Positions 18,732-27,979 of a DNA stretch of 64,000 nt are shown piece after piece; position 1 is the stretch's first letter, and each line of letters begins with the position of its first letter. The notes under the pieces are model-generated. The model did not search any database. It saw nothing but the letters and a program-made list of their open reading frames with translations, and was not told where the DNA came from. This DNA comes from an uncultured Thalassospiraceae bacterium (GTDB taxonomy: Bacteria > Pseudomonadota > Alphaproteobacteria > Rhodospirillales > JAPHRK01), in the NCBI GenBank assembly GCA_965368165.1, contig CBDULT010000012.1, positions 65,349-129,348 on the forward strand, read 5' to 3'. Made by a program: the position numbers and the translations under genes.

Positions 18732-19915
18732 TTATTCAATGCTCTGGGAAGCAATAGATAATATTTGCCTTGTTGCTTCATGACTCCGGCACGCCCTAAT
18801 GCTTCAGGACCGTGACCCCAGAAAAGATCGCCCCTCACCGTTCCTTTAATCGCCCCTCCCGTATCTTGAGCAACCACAAGGCGTCTCAAGGGGGTCTCAG
18901 GCTTGAGAGGGTCGGTGGTGTCAAGCCAGAGGGGAATTCCCATGGGGATAAATTGCTTATCAATGGCAAGGCTGCGTCCTGGCGTGAGCGGCACCCCTTG
19001 AGCACCGATGGGGCCTAGGCCTTTATCAGGGAGCGTCCTAAAGAATATATACGACTTGTTGAGGTCCATCACTTGGTTGGATTGACCCAGATTTTCCCGC
19101 AACCACTTGCGGATAGATTGCAGAGAGACCTCTTCGGTGCTCAGAATACCTCGGTTGACCAATTCACGACCAATGGCATAGTAGTCGTGCCCATTATGAC
19201 CATCGTAGCCAATGCGCAGGGAAGTCCCGTCCTCAAAGGTCACCCGACCTGAGCCCTGAATATGCAGGAAGAAGGCATCAATGGGATCGTCGACCCATAA
19301 AAGTTCCAGCCCTCGATTCAGCAAAGCACCTCGCCGAATGGCGGCCCTGTCCTGGTAAGGTTGTAGGCGTCCTTGAACAACCCGCCCCGCCGTGCGTTTT
19401 CCCTTAAGAGACTCTTTGAATTTGCCTAAATCCACCAAGACCAAATCATCTGGGCGTTTATAAAGGGGGAATCGGTAGCGAGGGGTTGGAAAGGGGGACC
19501 CGTTCAAAGAAGCTTCAAAATATCCGGTGAAAAGCCCTTCGCCTTGAACCACATAAGGGCGGAACCATTTTTCAAAAAATAATTTCGCTTTTTGGTGGTC
19601 GTTTTTCTCAACATAGGCTGCTGCGTAACAGGCTTGTCTCCAGTTGGCCATAATTCCAGCGACGCCGTTACCGCCGAGGGAGCGCTCACCCGGCTGGCTG
19701 TTCAGCTTTTTGCAGCTTTCACGCACGGCAGGCATAACTGCGCCATGGGAATCGTCTGCCCAACCGGGTAATTGGTCAAAATCAAGCGGCAGAGTGACGA
19801 GTTCGTCGACAGGCGACGGAGCTTTCTCAGGGGTTTTTTCGGCAAGCTTGGGAAGGGCACAGGAAGCCAAGGTAAAAACCAAAGCTAATGAAATAAAGGT
19901 TTTCCCCCCTTGCAT
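18728..19915 (-). CDS. mltA: Murein transglycosylase A (lipoprotein)
   Basis: MltA and 3D domain blocks (YYAIGREL, LAIDKQFIPMGIPLWLD, VAQDTGGAIKG..RGDLFWG). The ATG at 19915 gives the lipobox signal MQGGKTFISLALVFTLASC. Its stop overlaps the stop of the convergent gene within CTAG at 18728-18731. Confidence 0.9.
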   Translation of the reverse strand: MQGGKTFISLALVFTLASCALPKLAEKTPEKAPSPVDELVTLPLDFDQLPGWADDSHGAVMPAVRESCKKLNSQPGERSLGGNGVAGIMANWRQACYAAAYVEKNDHQKAKLFFEKWFRPYVVQGEGLFTGYFEASLNGSPFPTPRYRFPLYKRPDDLVLVDLGKFKESLKGKRTAGRVVQGRLQPYQDRAAIRRGALLNRGLELLWVDDPIDAFFLHIQGSGRVTFEDGTSLRIGYDGHNGHDYYAIGRELVNRGILSTEEVSLQSIRKWLRENLGQSNQVMDLNKSYIFFRTLPDKGLGPIGAQGVPLTPGRSLAIDKQFIPMGIPLWLDTTDPLKPETPLRRLVVAQDTGGAIKGTVRGDLFWGHGPEALGRAGVMKQQGKYYLLLPRALNN

Positions 19916-19928
19916 TGACTGCTGCCGC

Positions 19929-20666
19929 CTATGTAGGAACGTGGGTTGCAACCAGGAACCAATTGGGGTCTCGTGATTTTGTATCCCGGCTAAAGGTCCA
20001 AAGATCAACCACCTCAATCACTTGGTTGGGGTCGCCGTCAATGACCTTTCCGTCTTTATCACGGGTTGCATTGATCTGTTCCGTAACAAACTTAGCGGTC
20101 ACAATGGCGTCACGACCGTCCATACCTGCTTCAAGCAATTCAACTGATTTAAACCCAACCAGATGGTCTTCAACAGTTTCCCCCGCATCTTCGCGACCCT
20201 TTATGGCATCGCTGAAGTTGGCAAAAACGTCAGGACTCAAAAGAGGTTTTAGGGCTTTACTGTCGCCATGGGTGAAGGCACCAAGGATCATTTCAAAAGC
20301 CGCCGTCGCCCCTTTTTTGAAGTCATTTTCATGGAAGGAACTGTCGGCAAGCTTGATTTGGGTCAGGCCCGCTTCAAGAGGAGTTTGAGGCTTTGCTTCC
20401 TCAGCAATCTCATCTTCATCCTCGTCAAAGCCTCGGCCCTGGTTGGCAGGTTGAGCCGACCCATTGCGATCAGGGAGGTGGACAACGTTATCATTGCCGT
20501 CTTCCTGGTTATGAGAGTCGGGGGCTTCGCGATTGTTGGTGAAGGGGTCTTTATGGTTGCCGTCGGTACCGTCTCGACGGCCCAAAACCCCCCGGAGTCG
20601 CAGGATAAGAAAGATCGCAATCATTGCGAACAAAATAATGTCTACGAACTGAAATCCTTCGTTCAT
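19929..20666 (-). CDS. Tim44-like domain protein
   Basis: The ATG at 20666 gives an N-terminal TM helix (FVDIILFAMIAIFLILRL). C-terminal Tim44-like domain (FKKGATAAFEMILGAF..VTAKFVTEQ..DLWTFSRD..DPNWFLVAT). The ORF-track start at 20891 would overlap fxsA. Confidence 0.85.
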   Translation of the reverse strand: MNEGFQFVDIILFAMIAIFLILRLRGVLGRRDGTDGNHKDPFTNNREAPDSHNQEDGNDNVVHLPDRNGSAQPANQGRGFDEDEDEIAEEAKPQTPLEAGLTQIKLADSSFHENDFKKGATAAFEMILGAFTHGDSKALKPLLSPDVFANFSDAIKGREDAGETVEDHLVGFKSVELLEAGMDGRDAIVTAKFVTEQINATRDKDGKVIDGDPNQVIEVVDLWTFSRDTKSRDPNWFLVATHVPT

Positions 20667-20825
20667 TCTTTTTGGGCCTGTTAATGCTAGAACTTTAAGA
20701 ACAATAGCTGTTATTTGGAGCGAGGTAAACGCATGAACAACAGTCATACGGTTGACTCTCTGCCCCTGTAGGTTAGATAAGCCGTAACGCAACGAAGAGC
20801 AAGGGATAGCCTGAAAAGAAATATT

Positions 20826-21359
20826 ATGGGTTTTATTATTCTCCTCCTGTTTATCATCGTCCCCATCGCTGAGATCGCCATATTTATTCAAGCGGGGGAT
20901 GTTTTTGGCCTCTGGCCAACCATTGCTGCCGTGGTTGGAACTGCGGTGCTTGGTTCATATTTGCTGCGCTCCCAAGGTTTGTCCATCTTGTTTAGTGCCC
21001 AAAAGAATATGGAACAGGGTGTTTTCCCTGTGCAGGAAGTCTTTGACGGCCTTTGTATTGTTGTGGCGGGGGCTTTGTTGCTGACGCCGGGCTTCTTAAC
21101 CGATTCAATTGGTTTTCTGCTATTTGTTCCGCCCCTGCGAGCGGGGATAAGGACTTACTTTGCCTCACGCATGACCCTCCACACCCAGGCCTCTGGGGCT
21201 GGGTTTTCAGCCTATGGAGAAAGCCGTCCCTCTCAAAGAGGGCCAAATGGTTCGACTGTGATTGATGGAGAGTATGAAGAAGTTAACCCGGACGATACGG
21301 CTGAGATTGAAACCAAAGCCCCAAATCCCGACTCTCCCTGGTCAGATAAGGCTCCATAA
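20826..21359 (+). CDS. fxsA: FxsA family membrane protein
   Basis: IVPIAEIAIFIQAG.. and LLLTPGFLTDSIGFLLFVPPLR. Confidence 0.88.
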   Translation: MGFIILLLFIIVPIAEIAIFIQAGDVFGLWPTIAAVVGTAVLGSYLLRSQGLSILFSAQKNMEQGVFPVQEVFDGLCIVVAGALLLTPGFLTDSIGFLLFVPPLRAGIRTYFASRMTLHTQASGAGFSAYGESRPSQRGPNGSTVIDGEYEEVNPDDTAEIETKAPNPDSPWSDKAP

Positions 21360-21391
21360 AAAAAGCCCTCACCAAAAGGCAAGGGCTTTTT
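21357..21391. terminator. Bidirectional rho-independent terminator between fxsA and cspA
   Basis: AAAAGCCCT / AGGGCTTTT stem flanked by A- and T-runs. Confidence 0.7.
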
Positions 21392-21414
21392 AAAACTTGA
21401 GTAAACGAAGTTTA

Positions 21415-21624
21415 CTATTCAATAACAGACAGGTCTTCAGCAGAAGATTTGCCGTTACGGCCAGTTTGAAGTTCGAAAGAAACTTTTTGGCCTTCGTTTA
21501 AGGTGTTGAGGCCAGCGCGCTCAACAGCAGAAATATGAACGAATGCGTCTTGTGATCCGTCTTCAGGTTCGATGAAGCCATAACCCTTTGTAGGGTTGAA
21601 CCATTTAACTGTACCAGTAGCCAT
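21415..21624 (-). CDS. cspA: Cold-shock protein, CspA family
   Basis: [15 protein letters not shown] (RNP1) and DAFVHISAV (RNP2). Confidence 0.96.
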   Translation of the reverse strand: MATGTVKWFNPTKGYGFIEPEDGSQDAFVHISAVERAGLNTLNEGQKVSFELQTGRNGKSSAEDLSVIE

Positions 21625-21896
21625 AGTATTATTTCCTCTAACAGGAATGTTGTTTCGTATTTCACACCGCGCGAAATACGGAAAAAATAACGTTCACATT
21701 GTTAGGGGATAACTACGCTAAATCGTCTGTAAACTATCAAGCATATGAGCCTGTTAGTTACTTAGGTAACTCACAACAAATGCAACACGTGAGAAAGATA
21801 TTTAGAGGATATCCAGAAGAAGTCAATATCTGTTGTTTATTAAGCTGAGACATGATAGCCAATCGCCAAGAGATTTTTTGAAGGGAAGGGAGCCCC

Positions 21897-22421
21897 ATGA
21901 GCGATAAAAACAGCGACAAAAAAGGTGAAGATAAAGCCCAAGGTAATGTAGAGCAGCAAGCAAACGTGCCTCCCATTGCCATTAATGGACAATATACCAA
22001 AGATTTTTCATTCGAAGCACCAAACACCCCCGGCATTTTTTCTAAAATGCAAAAAACAGAACCAAAAATTGGGGTTTCTGTGGATGTAAATGCGGCTCGT
22101 TTGAATGAAAATACCTTTGAGAGCACTGTACAGCTACGCGTTGAAGCCAAAGTTGAAGATGATACGGCCTTTCTTCTCGAGCTAACCTATAGCGGCAATT
22201 TTACCATCAACGTTCCACAAGAACATTTAGAGCCGGCCCTTCTTATTGAGTGCCCCCGGCTTTTGTTCCCGTTTGCCCGTAACATTATTTGTGATGCTAC
22301 CCGTGATGGCGGCTTCCCCCCCTTGATGCTCCAGCCCATCGACTTTGTGGCCATGTATCAACAACGGGTTGCTCAAGCACGCGCCGCCCAGGAAGAAGCT
22401 CAAGCAGAAGAAGCTAAGTAA
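21897..22421 (+). CDS. secB: Protein-export chaperone SecB
   Basis: QYTKDFSFEAPN, LIECPRLLFPFARNIICDATRDGGFPPLMLQPIDF and an acidic tail. Confidence 0.94.
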   Translation: MSDKNSDKKGEDKAQGNVEQQANVPPIAINGQYTKDFSFEAPNTPGIFSKMQKTEPKIGVSVDVNAARLNENTFESTVQLRVEAKVEDDTAFLLELTYSGNFTINVPQEHLEPALLIECPRLLFPFARNIICDATRDGGFPPLMLQPIDFVAMYQQRVAQARAAQEEAQAEEAK

Positions 22422-22442
22422 TTAAGTTTAAACCATAAATCG

Positions 22443-22479
22443 AAAAACGCCCCTCCAGAAATGGGGGGGCGTTTTTTTT
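22443..22479. terminator. Bidirectional rho-independent terminator (secB / yjfB-like)
   Basis: AAAAACGCCCC / GGGGCGTTTTT stem followed by a T8 run. Confidence 0.8.
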
Positions 22480-22675
22480 AGACGATTACATCAACCATAT
22501 GGCTTGAGGCAGCTTGAGCAGCAGCCTTCGCTGCATCTGTTACCTGGTCGGTGAGTTGAACGGCAGCTTGAGTTTGAGACTCCATTGCCATTTTCGTCAT
22601 CGCAACACTCACTTCTTGCTGCGCCATAGCCGAATTAGTACTTACCGCCAAGGCGGCTAAACTTCCAAGGTCCAT
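22478..22675 (-). CDS. YjfB-like putative motility protein (small Ala/Gln-rich)
   Basis: [41 protein letters not shown] resembles the YjfB_motility family pattern. I prefer the ATG at 22675 over the ORF-track start at 22711. Confidence 0.55.
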   Translation of the reverse strand: MDLGSLAALAVSTNSAMAQQEVSVAMTKMAMESQTQAAVQLTDQVTDAAKAAAQAASSHMVDVIV

Positions 22676-22752
22676 GGGTCCGGTCTCCTTTCTAGAGGTG
22701 GACGAAGGCAATAAGCCTATTCTTTAGAAGTTAAAGAGTCCATAAAGAGCCT

Positions 22753-23475
22753 ATGATAAGCCTTTTTCAAAATTCTGATCCAAAGACCGTTAACCTTGAG
22801 GGGACCGATGTCACGGTCACCATCAAGCGGAATGCCCGGGCTAAGCGGATGATTCTTCGGCTTGATTCTAAAGTTGCGGCAGGGGTTGTGGTTACATTGC
22901 CTAAGCGGGTGCCTGTTTCAGAAGCCCTGGCAATGGTAAGGCGGAAAAAAGAGTGGATTCTGGATAAGCTCGTTAGCCAACCGGAGATCCTTCCCTTTAT
23001 TGACGGGGGAATCGTGCCTTTCCGGGGGCGGGAGCACCGAATCCAGCATCATCCTGAGGCGCGAGGGACCGTTTGGCTCACCGATGGGGTGCTAAATGTT
23101 GCCGGAAAAGAGGCGCACCTCTCCCGGCGCTTAACCGATTGGCTTAAGAAAGAAGCCAAAAAACAACTCGTCACTCAAACGGACTATTTCTCCCAGCAAC
23201 TTGGTTGTGCCATTGGACGGATCACAGTGCGAGATACCCGGACACGCTGGGGCTCTTGCTCGGCTCAAGGCAATCTGTCCTTTTCCTGGCGGCTGATTTT
23301 AGCTCCTGACGATATATTGGCCTATGTGGCAGCCCATGAAGTGGCCCATTTGAAGGAAATGAACCACAGCCCCCAATACTGGGCTGTCGTCGGGGACATT
23401 TTTCCGGAATATAAAGCTAAACGGCAATGGCTGAAAAAAAATGGTGTGGCTTTGCATTGTTATGGGAAAAATTAA
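22753..23475 (+). CDS. YgjP-like metal-dependent hydrolase (DUF45 / M48-like, HEXXH)
   Basis: TRWGSCS..LSFSWRLILAP..YVAAHEVAHLKEMNHS. Confidence 0.85.
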   Translation: MISLFQNSDPKTVNLEGTDVTVTIKRNARAKRMILRLDSKVAAGVVVTLPKRVPVSEALAMVRRKKEWILDKLVSQPEILPFIDGGIVPFRGREHRIQHHPEARGTVWLTDGVLNVAGKEAHLSRRLTDWLKKEAKKQLVTQTDYFSQQLGCAIGRITVRDTRTRWGSCSAQGNLSFSWRLILAPDDILAYVAAHEVAHLKEMNHSPQYWAVVGDIFPEYKAKRQWLKKNGVALHCYGKN

Positions 23476-23528
23476 TTCTACCGCCGGATTCGGATAGAAC
23501 CAGAGCTTCGAATGACTAAGATGGCTTT

Positions 23529-24623
23529 ATGACTGAAACAAATTTTACTCAAGCCCTATGGCAAGCCGTGATCAATCGAGACCGTTGTATGGACGGGGTG
23601 TTCTATTACGCGGTCCTGAGTACAGGTATTTTTTGTCGCCCCTCATGCTCAAGTCGGAATCCCAAACCAGAAAATATTCGTTTTTATCGGCTGGCTTCCC
23701 TGGCTGAAAAGGCAGGTTTTCGGGCTTGCAAGAAATGCCGTCCTGAAAGGGTGGATTCTAAGGAGCCTGAAGTTGAGAGGGCCGAAAAGCTTTGCCGTAT
23801 GCTTGAGCAATCACTTGAAGAAAAGGGGGCGTTAGAGACCTTTGCCGAGAATGTTGGCCTGTCCCCCGATCATTTACGTAAATCTTTTAAAACCGTAGTT
23901 GGCCTGTCCCCCAAGCAATATAGTGCCGCTTTGAAAAAAGGACGACTTCAGGAAGCATTGCGGGAAATACCGAATGTTGCTCAAGCAATTTATGAAGCTG
24001 GCTACGGGTCTTCTAGCCGCGTTTATGAAAAGGGCGACAGCCTTTTAGGGATGTCTCCCGCTACTTATGCTAAAGGGGGGCGGGGAGCTGAGATTGTTTT
24101 TGAGATTAAAGACAGTCCGTTCGGGCGTTTGCTTGTTGCGGCGACTGAGCAAGGGATTTGCCATCTTTCCCTTGGTGAAGATGATCACCTGATCGCAGAA
24201 CTCCATAAAGATTTTCCCAAGGCCCAAATTAAACAGGGCGAGGGGCGTCTTAAGGGGTGGATTGGAGATATTCTCACCCATCTGGATGGGCGATTGCCCC
24301 ACCTTACCCTGCCTTTAGATATTCGTGCCACGGCCTTCCAAGCCCAAGTTTGGCAGGCTTTGCAGAAAATTCCTTTTGGCGAAACCCAAAGTTATAAAGA
24401 AATTGCCTTATCGCTTGGCAAACCAAAATCTGCCAGAGCAGTCGGACGGGCTTGTGCCTCAAATCCAGTTTCTTTGGTCATTCCCTGCCATCGTGCTGTT
24501 GGCAGTGGTGGGAGTCTTACAGGCTATCGTTGGGGCATTGAGCGCAAAGCGGCCTTGCTGGAACATGAGGAAGTTTTAACGGCTGGGGCGAAAAATAAAA
24601 CGTCTGGTCAAGGCGGGGAGTGA
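23529..24623 (+). CDS. ada: Bifunctional Ada: methylphosphotriester-DNA methyltransferase/AraC-type regulator and O6-methylguanine-DNA methyltransferase
   Basis: N-terminal Zn Cys4 (FCRPSCSSRNP..FRACKKCRP), AraC-type HTH in the middle, and C-terminal IPCHRAV active site. Confidence 0.92.
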   Translation: MTETNFTQALWQAVINRDRCMDGVFYYAVLSTGIFCRPSCSSRNPKPENIRFYRLASLAEKAGFRACKKCRPERVDSKEPEVERAEKLCRMLEQSLEEKGALETFAENVGLSPDHLRKSFKTVVGLSPKQYSAALKKGRLQEALREIPNVAQAIYEAGYGSSSRVYEKGDSLLGMSPATYAKGGRGAEIVFEIKDSPFGRLLVAATEQGICHLSLGEDDHLIAELHKDFPKAQIKQGEGRLKGWIGDILTHLDGRLPHLTLPLDIRATAFQAQVWQALQKIPFGETQSYKEIALSLGKPKSARAVGRACASNPVSLVIPCHRAVGSGGSLTGYRWGIERKAALLEHEEVLTAGAKNKTSGQGGE

Positions 24624-24639
24624 GAGTCATAAAGGGAGT

Positions 24640-25863
24640 ATGACCGATGTTTTCAGCCCCACCCCTTCAAAACACCCTTTGCCTTCTTTTTTGATTCTGG
24701 TTGGGTTGCTGACTTCCTTAGCTGCCTTAGGGCAAATGTCTACCTCGCTCTATACGCCGTCTTTTCCAGCCATAGGGGCGGCCCTTGGGGCCTCGTCAGA
24801 GCAGGTCAATTTGACCCTGGCTGTTTTCTTCTTTGGCTTTTCTTTTTCCCAACTGATCTATGGCCCCCTCTCTGATCGCTATGGACGACGCCCCATATTG
24901 CTGATCGGCATTTCAATATATGCGGTTGCCAGTTTGGCCTGTGCCTACGCCTGGTCTATTGAAATGCTAATCTTTTTGCGGTTTTGTCAGGCTTTAGGAG
25001 CTTCGGCGGGGCCGGTTTTGGCCCGCGCTGTGGTTCGAGACCTTCATTCGGGCAGCCGCGCCGCACAGATATTTGCTTATATTGGCTTTGCCTTCGCGGT
25101 AGTTCCAGCCCTTTTCCCTGCGGTGGGAGGGTTTTTACAGGGGTGGTTTGGCTGGCAATCGAACTTTATTTTCCTCACGATTATTGCGCTTTTGATTGGC
25201 TACACCGTATGGACAATTTTGCCTGAAACCAACAAGGAAATTGGTAAAAAACTTACTTCTATAAATACCCTCTTCTCTTCCTATGGCTTGTTGGTTCGTA
25301 GTCCTGTTTTTCTTGGTTATATGTTGCTGGTGGGGGGAGTCTTTGCGGGGTTGATGGTTTTTACCGCCTCAGTACCGTTCCTGTTTATCCAGACCTTAGG
25401 GATTCCAGCCCAACAATATGGGGTTATGATGGTGACCACCGTAACGGGCTTTCTGGCGGGAACGGTCCTTGCTGGCTTTATGGCTAAAAGGGTTGTTGTT
25501 CAACGGATGGCCCTTTTGGGGGCGATTTTATCAATGATCGGGGCACTCGTCGGGGTTGGGCTTGCCCTTGCTGGGATTTTTAATCCGGTAACGGTGATTG
25601 GCCCGATGTTAATTTATTTAGCGGGTCTCGGCCTTATTATGCCCAGTGGCATGGCCGGAGCTATGGAATCCTATCCTCAAATCGCGGGTACAGCCTCAGC
25701 CCTCATGGGGTGTTTTCAAATGTTGGCGGCCACGGCAGGGTCTATGGTGGCAGGCTGGATTTCTCATCAAAACCAATTGCCTATGACCATTCTCATCCTT
25801 GGTTGTGCATTAATTGGCTTTATGGGCATGGTTACTTTGGTCCGCCCTATAAAGGGTCGGTAA
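24640..25863 (+). CDS. MFS transporter, Bcr/CflA drug-resistance subfamily
   Basis: 12 TM helices; motif GPLSDRYGRRPILLIG. Confidence 0.85.
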   Translation: MTDVFSPTPSKHPLPSFLILVGLLTSLAALGQMSTSLYTPSFPAIGAALGASSEQVNLTLAVFFFGFSFSQLIYGPLSDRYGRRPILLIGISIYAVASLACAYAWSIEMLIFLRFCQALGASAGPVLARAVVRDLHSGSRAAQIFAYIGFAFAVVPALFPAVGGFLQGWFGWQSNFIFLTIIALLIGYTVWTILPETNKEIGKKLTSINTLFSSYGLLVRSPVFLGYMLLVGGVFAGLMVFTASVPFLFIQTLGIPAQQYGVMMVTTVTGFLAGTVLAGFMAKRVVVQRMALLGAILSMIGALVGVGLALAGIFNPVTVIGPMLIYLAGLGLIMPSGMAGAMESYPQIAGTASALMGCFQMLAATAGSMVAGWISHQNQLPMTILILGCALIGFMGMVTLVRPIKGR

Positions 25864-26017
25864 AGGCGGTTAAAGGCCAATTTAATCAGTTTATCCTTTC
25901 CTTGCCTCAACGGCTTTATAGAGAATTTTTTACCGCGTAAGGGTTGAGAATCCTTGCCCTCTGTATGAACCCGCATTAAGACCTAGCTAACGCTGGAATA
26001 ATGGAAAGATACTGGAA

Positions 26018-26557
26018 ATGATTAAAATCGTCCGTGCAAAACTTCATGGTCTTCGGGTTACCGGAGCCGACCTTAACTATCATGGCTCCATTACCCTGGA
26101 CCCTGAACAGTGTGAGTTGTCGGGGATTTATCCCATGGAGTTTGTTGAAATTTGGAACAAATCGAGCGGTGCCCGAATTTCCACCTATGTAATCTTTGGC
26201 GAGCCAGGGTCCCGCTGTTGCATCCTTAATGGGGCGGCTGCCCGCACCTGTCAGAAAGGGGATGAACTCATCATTGCGGCAGCAGATTACTGTGACCCCA
26301 GCAAGCTCTACGAAATTAAACCACGGATTTTAACTTACCTGCCTAACAATGAAGTGGATCAGGTCCTGGAATATGACGTCTTTGCTTCCGAAAAACGTCC
26401 CTATGATTTCCGTATCGTTGATGCCGACAAACATACGGTAGAAAGCTGCCATACTTATCCAAATGTGGATGTTACCGCCATCCGCGAGAGCCTAGAAGCA
26501 AAAGGCTGGGGCTCCGAAGAAATAGACAGCTTTGTGGCGAATCATTTTACTTTGTAG
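26018..26557 (+). CDS. panD: Aspartate 1-decarboxylase homolog with C-terminal extension
   Basis: [21 protein letters not shown] (Gly-Ser self-cleavage site), [17 protein letters not shown] and GDELIIAA align with E. coli PanD residues as I remember them. About 55-60 extra C-terminal residues. Confidence 0.8.
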   Translation: MIKIVRAKLHGLRVTGADLNYHGSITLDPEQCELSGIYPMEFVEIWNKSSGARISTYVIFGEPGSRCCILNGAAARTCQKGDELIIAAADYCDPSKLYEIKPRILTYLPNNEVDQVLEYDVFASEKRPYDFRIVDADKHTVESCHTYPNVDVTAIRESLEAKGWGSEEIDSFVANHFTL

Positions 26558-26562
26558 GTAAC

Positions 26563-26584
26563 GCAAGCCTTTGGGCTTGCTTTG
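26563..26584 (+). terminator. Rho-independent terminator after panD
   Basis: GCAAGCC / GGCTTGC stem with a 4-nt loop, followed by TTTG. Confidence 0.6.
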
Positions 26585-26705
26585 CCCCTCAAGTGCCGGA
26601 CGTGCTTTATGTATGCGCAAGCTAAAAAGCTTGCTGCGTTCAAGTGCTACGCAGGCTCACGGCGACACGAATCGCCGGGCACGCAGTCGTGTGCTTATGT
26701 TGGAG
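26584..26705 (+). repeat. Intergenic repeat family B, copy B1
   Basis: About 120 bp, beginning GCCCCTCAAGTGCCGG. Aligns along its whole length with 41390..41511. Internal hairpins GCAAGC/GCTTGC and GGCGA/TCGCC. Confidence 0.88.
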
Positions 26706-26729
26706 TCTAGGTGAGATAAAATCATAAAT

Positions 26730-26801
26730 TGGGCATTGAGGCCCCGCCCGACCATTCGGGCGTGAGCCAAGCGCGACAAGCGCGCCCGGCGTCTGAGGGG
26801 C
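26730..26801 (-). repeat. Intergenic repeat family A, copy A4
   Basis: Reverse complement: GCCCCTCAGACGCCGGGCGCGCTTGTCGCGCTTGGCTCACGCCCGAATGGTCGGGCGGGGCCTCAATGCCCA. Confidence 0.9.
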
Positions 26802-26818
26802 AAAGGAACGATGTTCGC

Positions 26819-27811
26819 TTAAAACATCGTCTCAATAACACGGTCCGGAGGATTGTGTCCGTCCATGAAGGTTTGGATGTTGATCAGGACTCGTTCGCCC
26901 ATGTCCACGCGGGCTTCGATGGTGGCTGAGGCCATGTGGGGCAGCAGGACCACGTTGTCGAGGCTGAGGAGTTTTGGGTTGATGGCGGGTTCATTTTCAA
27001 ACACGTCAAGGCCTGCGCCAGCGATATCGCCATTGACCAACATGCGCGTGAGGGCGTTTTCATCAACCACTTGCCCCCGTGAGGCATTGATCACATAGGC
27101 GTGAGGCTGCAAAAGCTTAAGACGCCGCGCTGATAGCAGGTGATAAGTTGCCGGAGTATGAGGGACGTGGACGGAGACAATGTCCACACGGGCCAACATT
27201 TGATCCAGGCTTTCCCAGTAGGTCGCATCGATTTCGTTTTCAAAATCTTCCATCACCCGATGGCGGTTGTGGTAGTGGATGGACATGCCAAAAGCTTTGG
27301 CGCGTCTGGCAACGGCCTGACCAATCGCCCCCATGCCGACGATACCGAGGCGTTTACCGTTAATGCGGCTACCGAGCATCCAGGTGGGGGACCACCCTTC
27401 CCATTTACCACTACGAGCGACCCGTTCGCCTTCAGCAAGGCGCCGTCCGGTTGAGAGGATCATCGCCAAGGTCATGTCGGCAGTATCTTCTGAAAGCACG
27501 TCCGGTGTATTTGAAACTGAAATTCCTTTGCGACGACAGGTGGCGAGATCAATATGATCGACACCGTTACCGAAGTTGGCAATTAAACGCAGGTTTTCAC
27601 CAGCAGAAGACAAGACAGCAGAGTTGATTTGATCCGTCACAGTTGGAACAAGAACGTCTGCTTCTGCAACGGCGTCTTTTAACTCGCTCAAAGACATAGG
27701 CTTGTCTTCGAGGTTCAACTTAACGTCAAACAGCTCCATCATTCGCGTTTCGATGATGTCGGGGAGTTTACGCGTTACCACGACAACGGGTTTTTTTTGT
27801 TTGTGCGGCAT
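26819..27811 (-). CDS. D-isomer-specific 2-hydroxyacid dehydrogenase (glyoxylate/hydroxypyruvate reductase-like)
   Basis: NAD-binding GIVGMGAIGQAVARRA, catalytic-region NASRG..VDE and LLPHMASAT. I prefer the ATG at 27811 (MPHKQKKPVVVVTRK). Confidence 0.88.
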   Translation of the reverse strand: MPHKQKKPVVVVTRKLPDIIETRMMELFDVKLNLEDKPMSLSELKDAVAEADVLVPTVTDQINSAVLSSAGENLRLIANFGNGVDHIDLATCRRKGISVSNTPDVLSEDTADMTLAMILSTGRRLAEGERVARSGKWEGWSPTWMLGSRINGKRLGIVGMGAIGQAVARRAKAFGMSIHYHNRHRVMEDFENEIDATYWESLDQMLARVDIVSVHVPHTPATYHLLSARRLKLLQPHAYVINASRGQVVDENALTRMLVNGDIAGAGLDVFENEPAINPKLLSLDNVVLLPHMASATIEARVDMGERVLINIQTFMDGHNPPDRVIETMF

Positions 27812-27979
27812 GCCGACATTCTCCAGTGTATTGTAAACCAAGTGGCTTGGTATTAACCTTAGGTGTTGGGTAACAATATTGGTCCCGCTCTGTCCAGTAT
27901 TGAGTAGCCCTTAAAGACGATTTTGGGGTATTTTTTTACGAATGCCAAACATCAACTTGCTTAAAGGCCGATTATTCTC

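Noticed and set aside
19929-20891. N-terminally extended ORF-track models. These are Tim44-like to 20891, DUF3179 to 8533, HTH-ImmA to 12164, ddpX from 55217, mltA to 20017, irr to 29156 and the 2-hydroxyacid dehydrogenase to 27841.
   Set aside because: The extensions overlap neighbouring genes or divergent promoters and lack family-typical sequence. Internal ATGs with an RBS, signal peptide or lipobox give family-typical N-termini, so I reported the shorter models.
21758-22150. 130-aa minus-strand ORF overlapping the secB start region.
   Set aside because: It is antisense to secB and to the secB/cspA divergent regulatory region, and it has no motifs. The long untranslated stretch upstream of cspA is expected for cold-shock genes.
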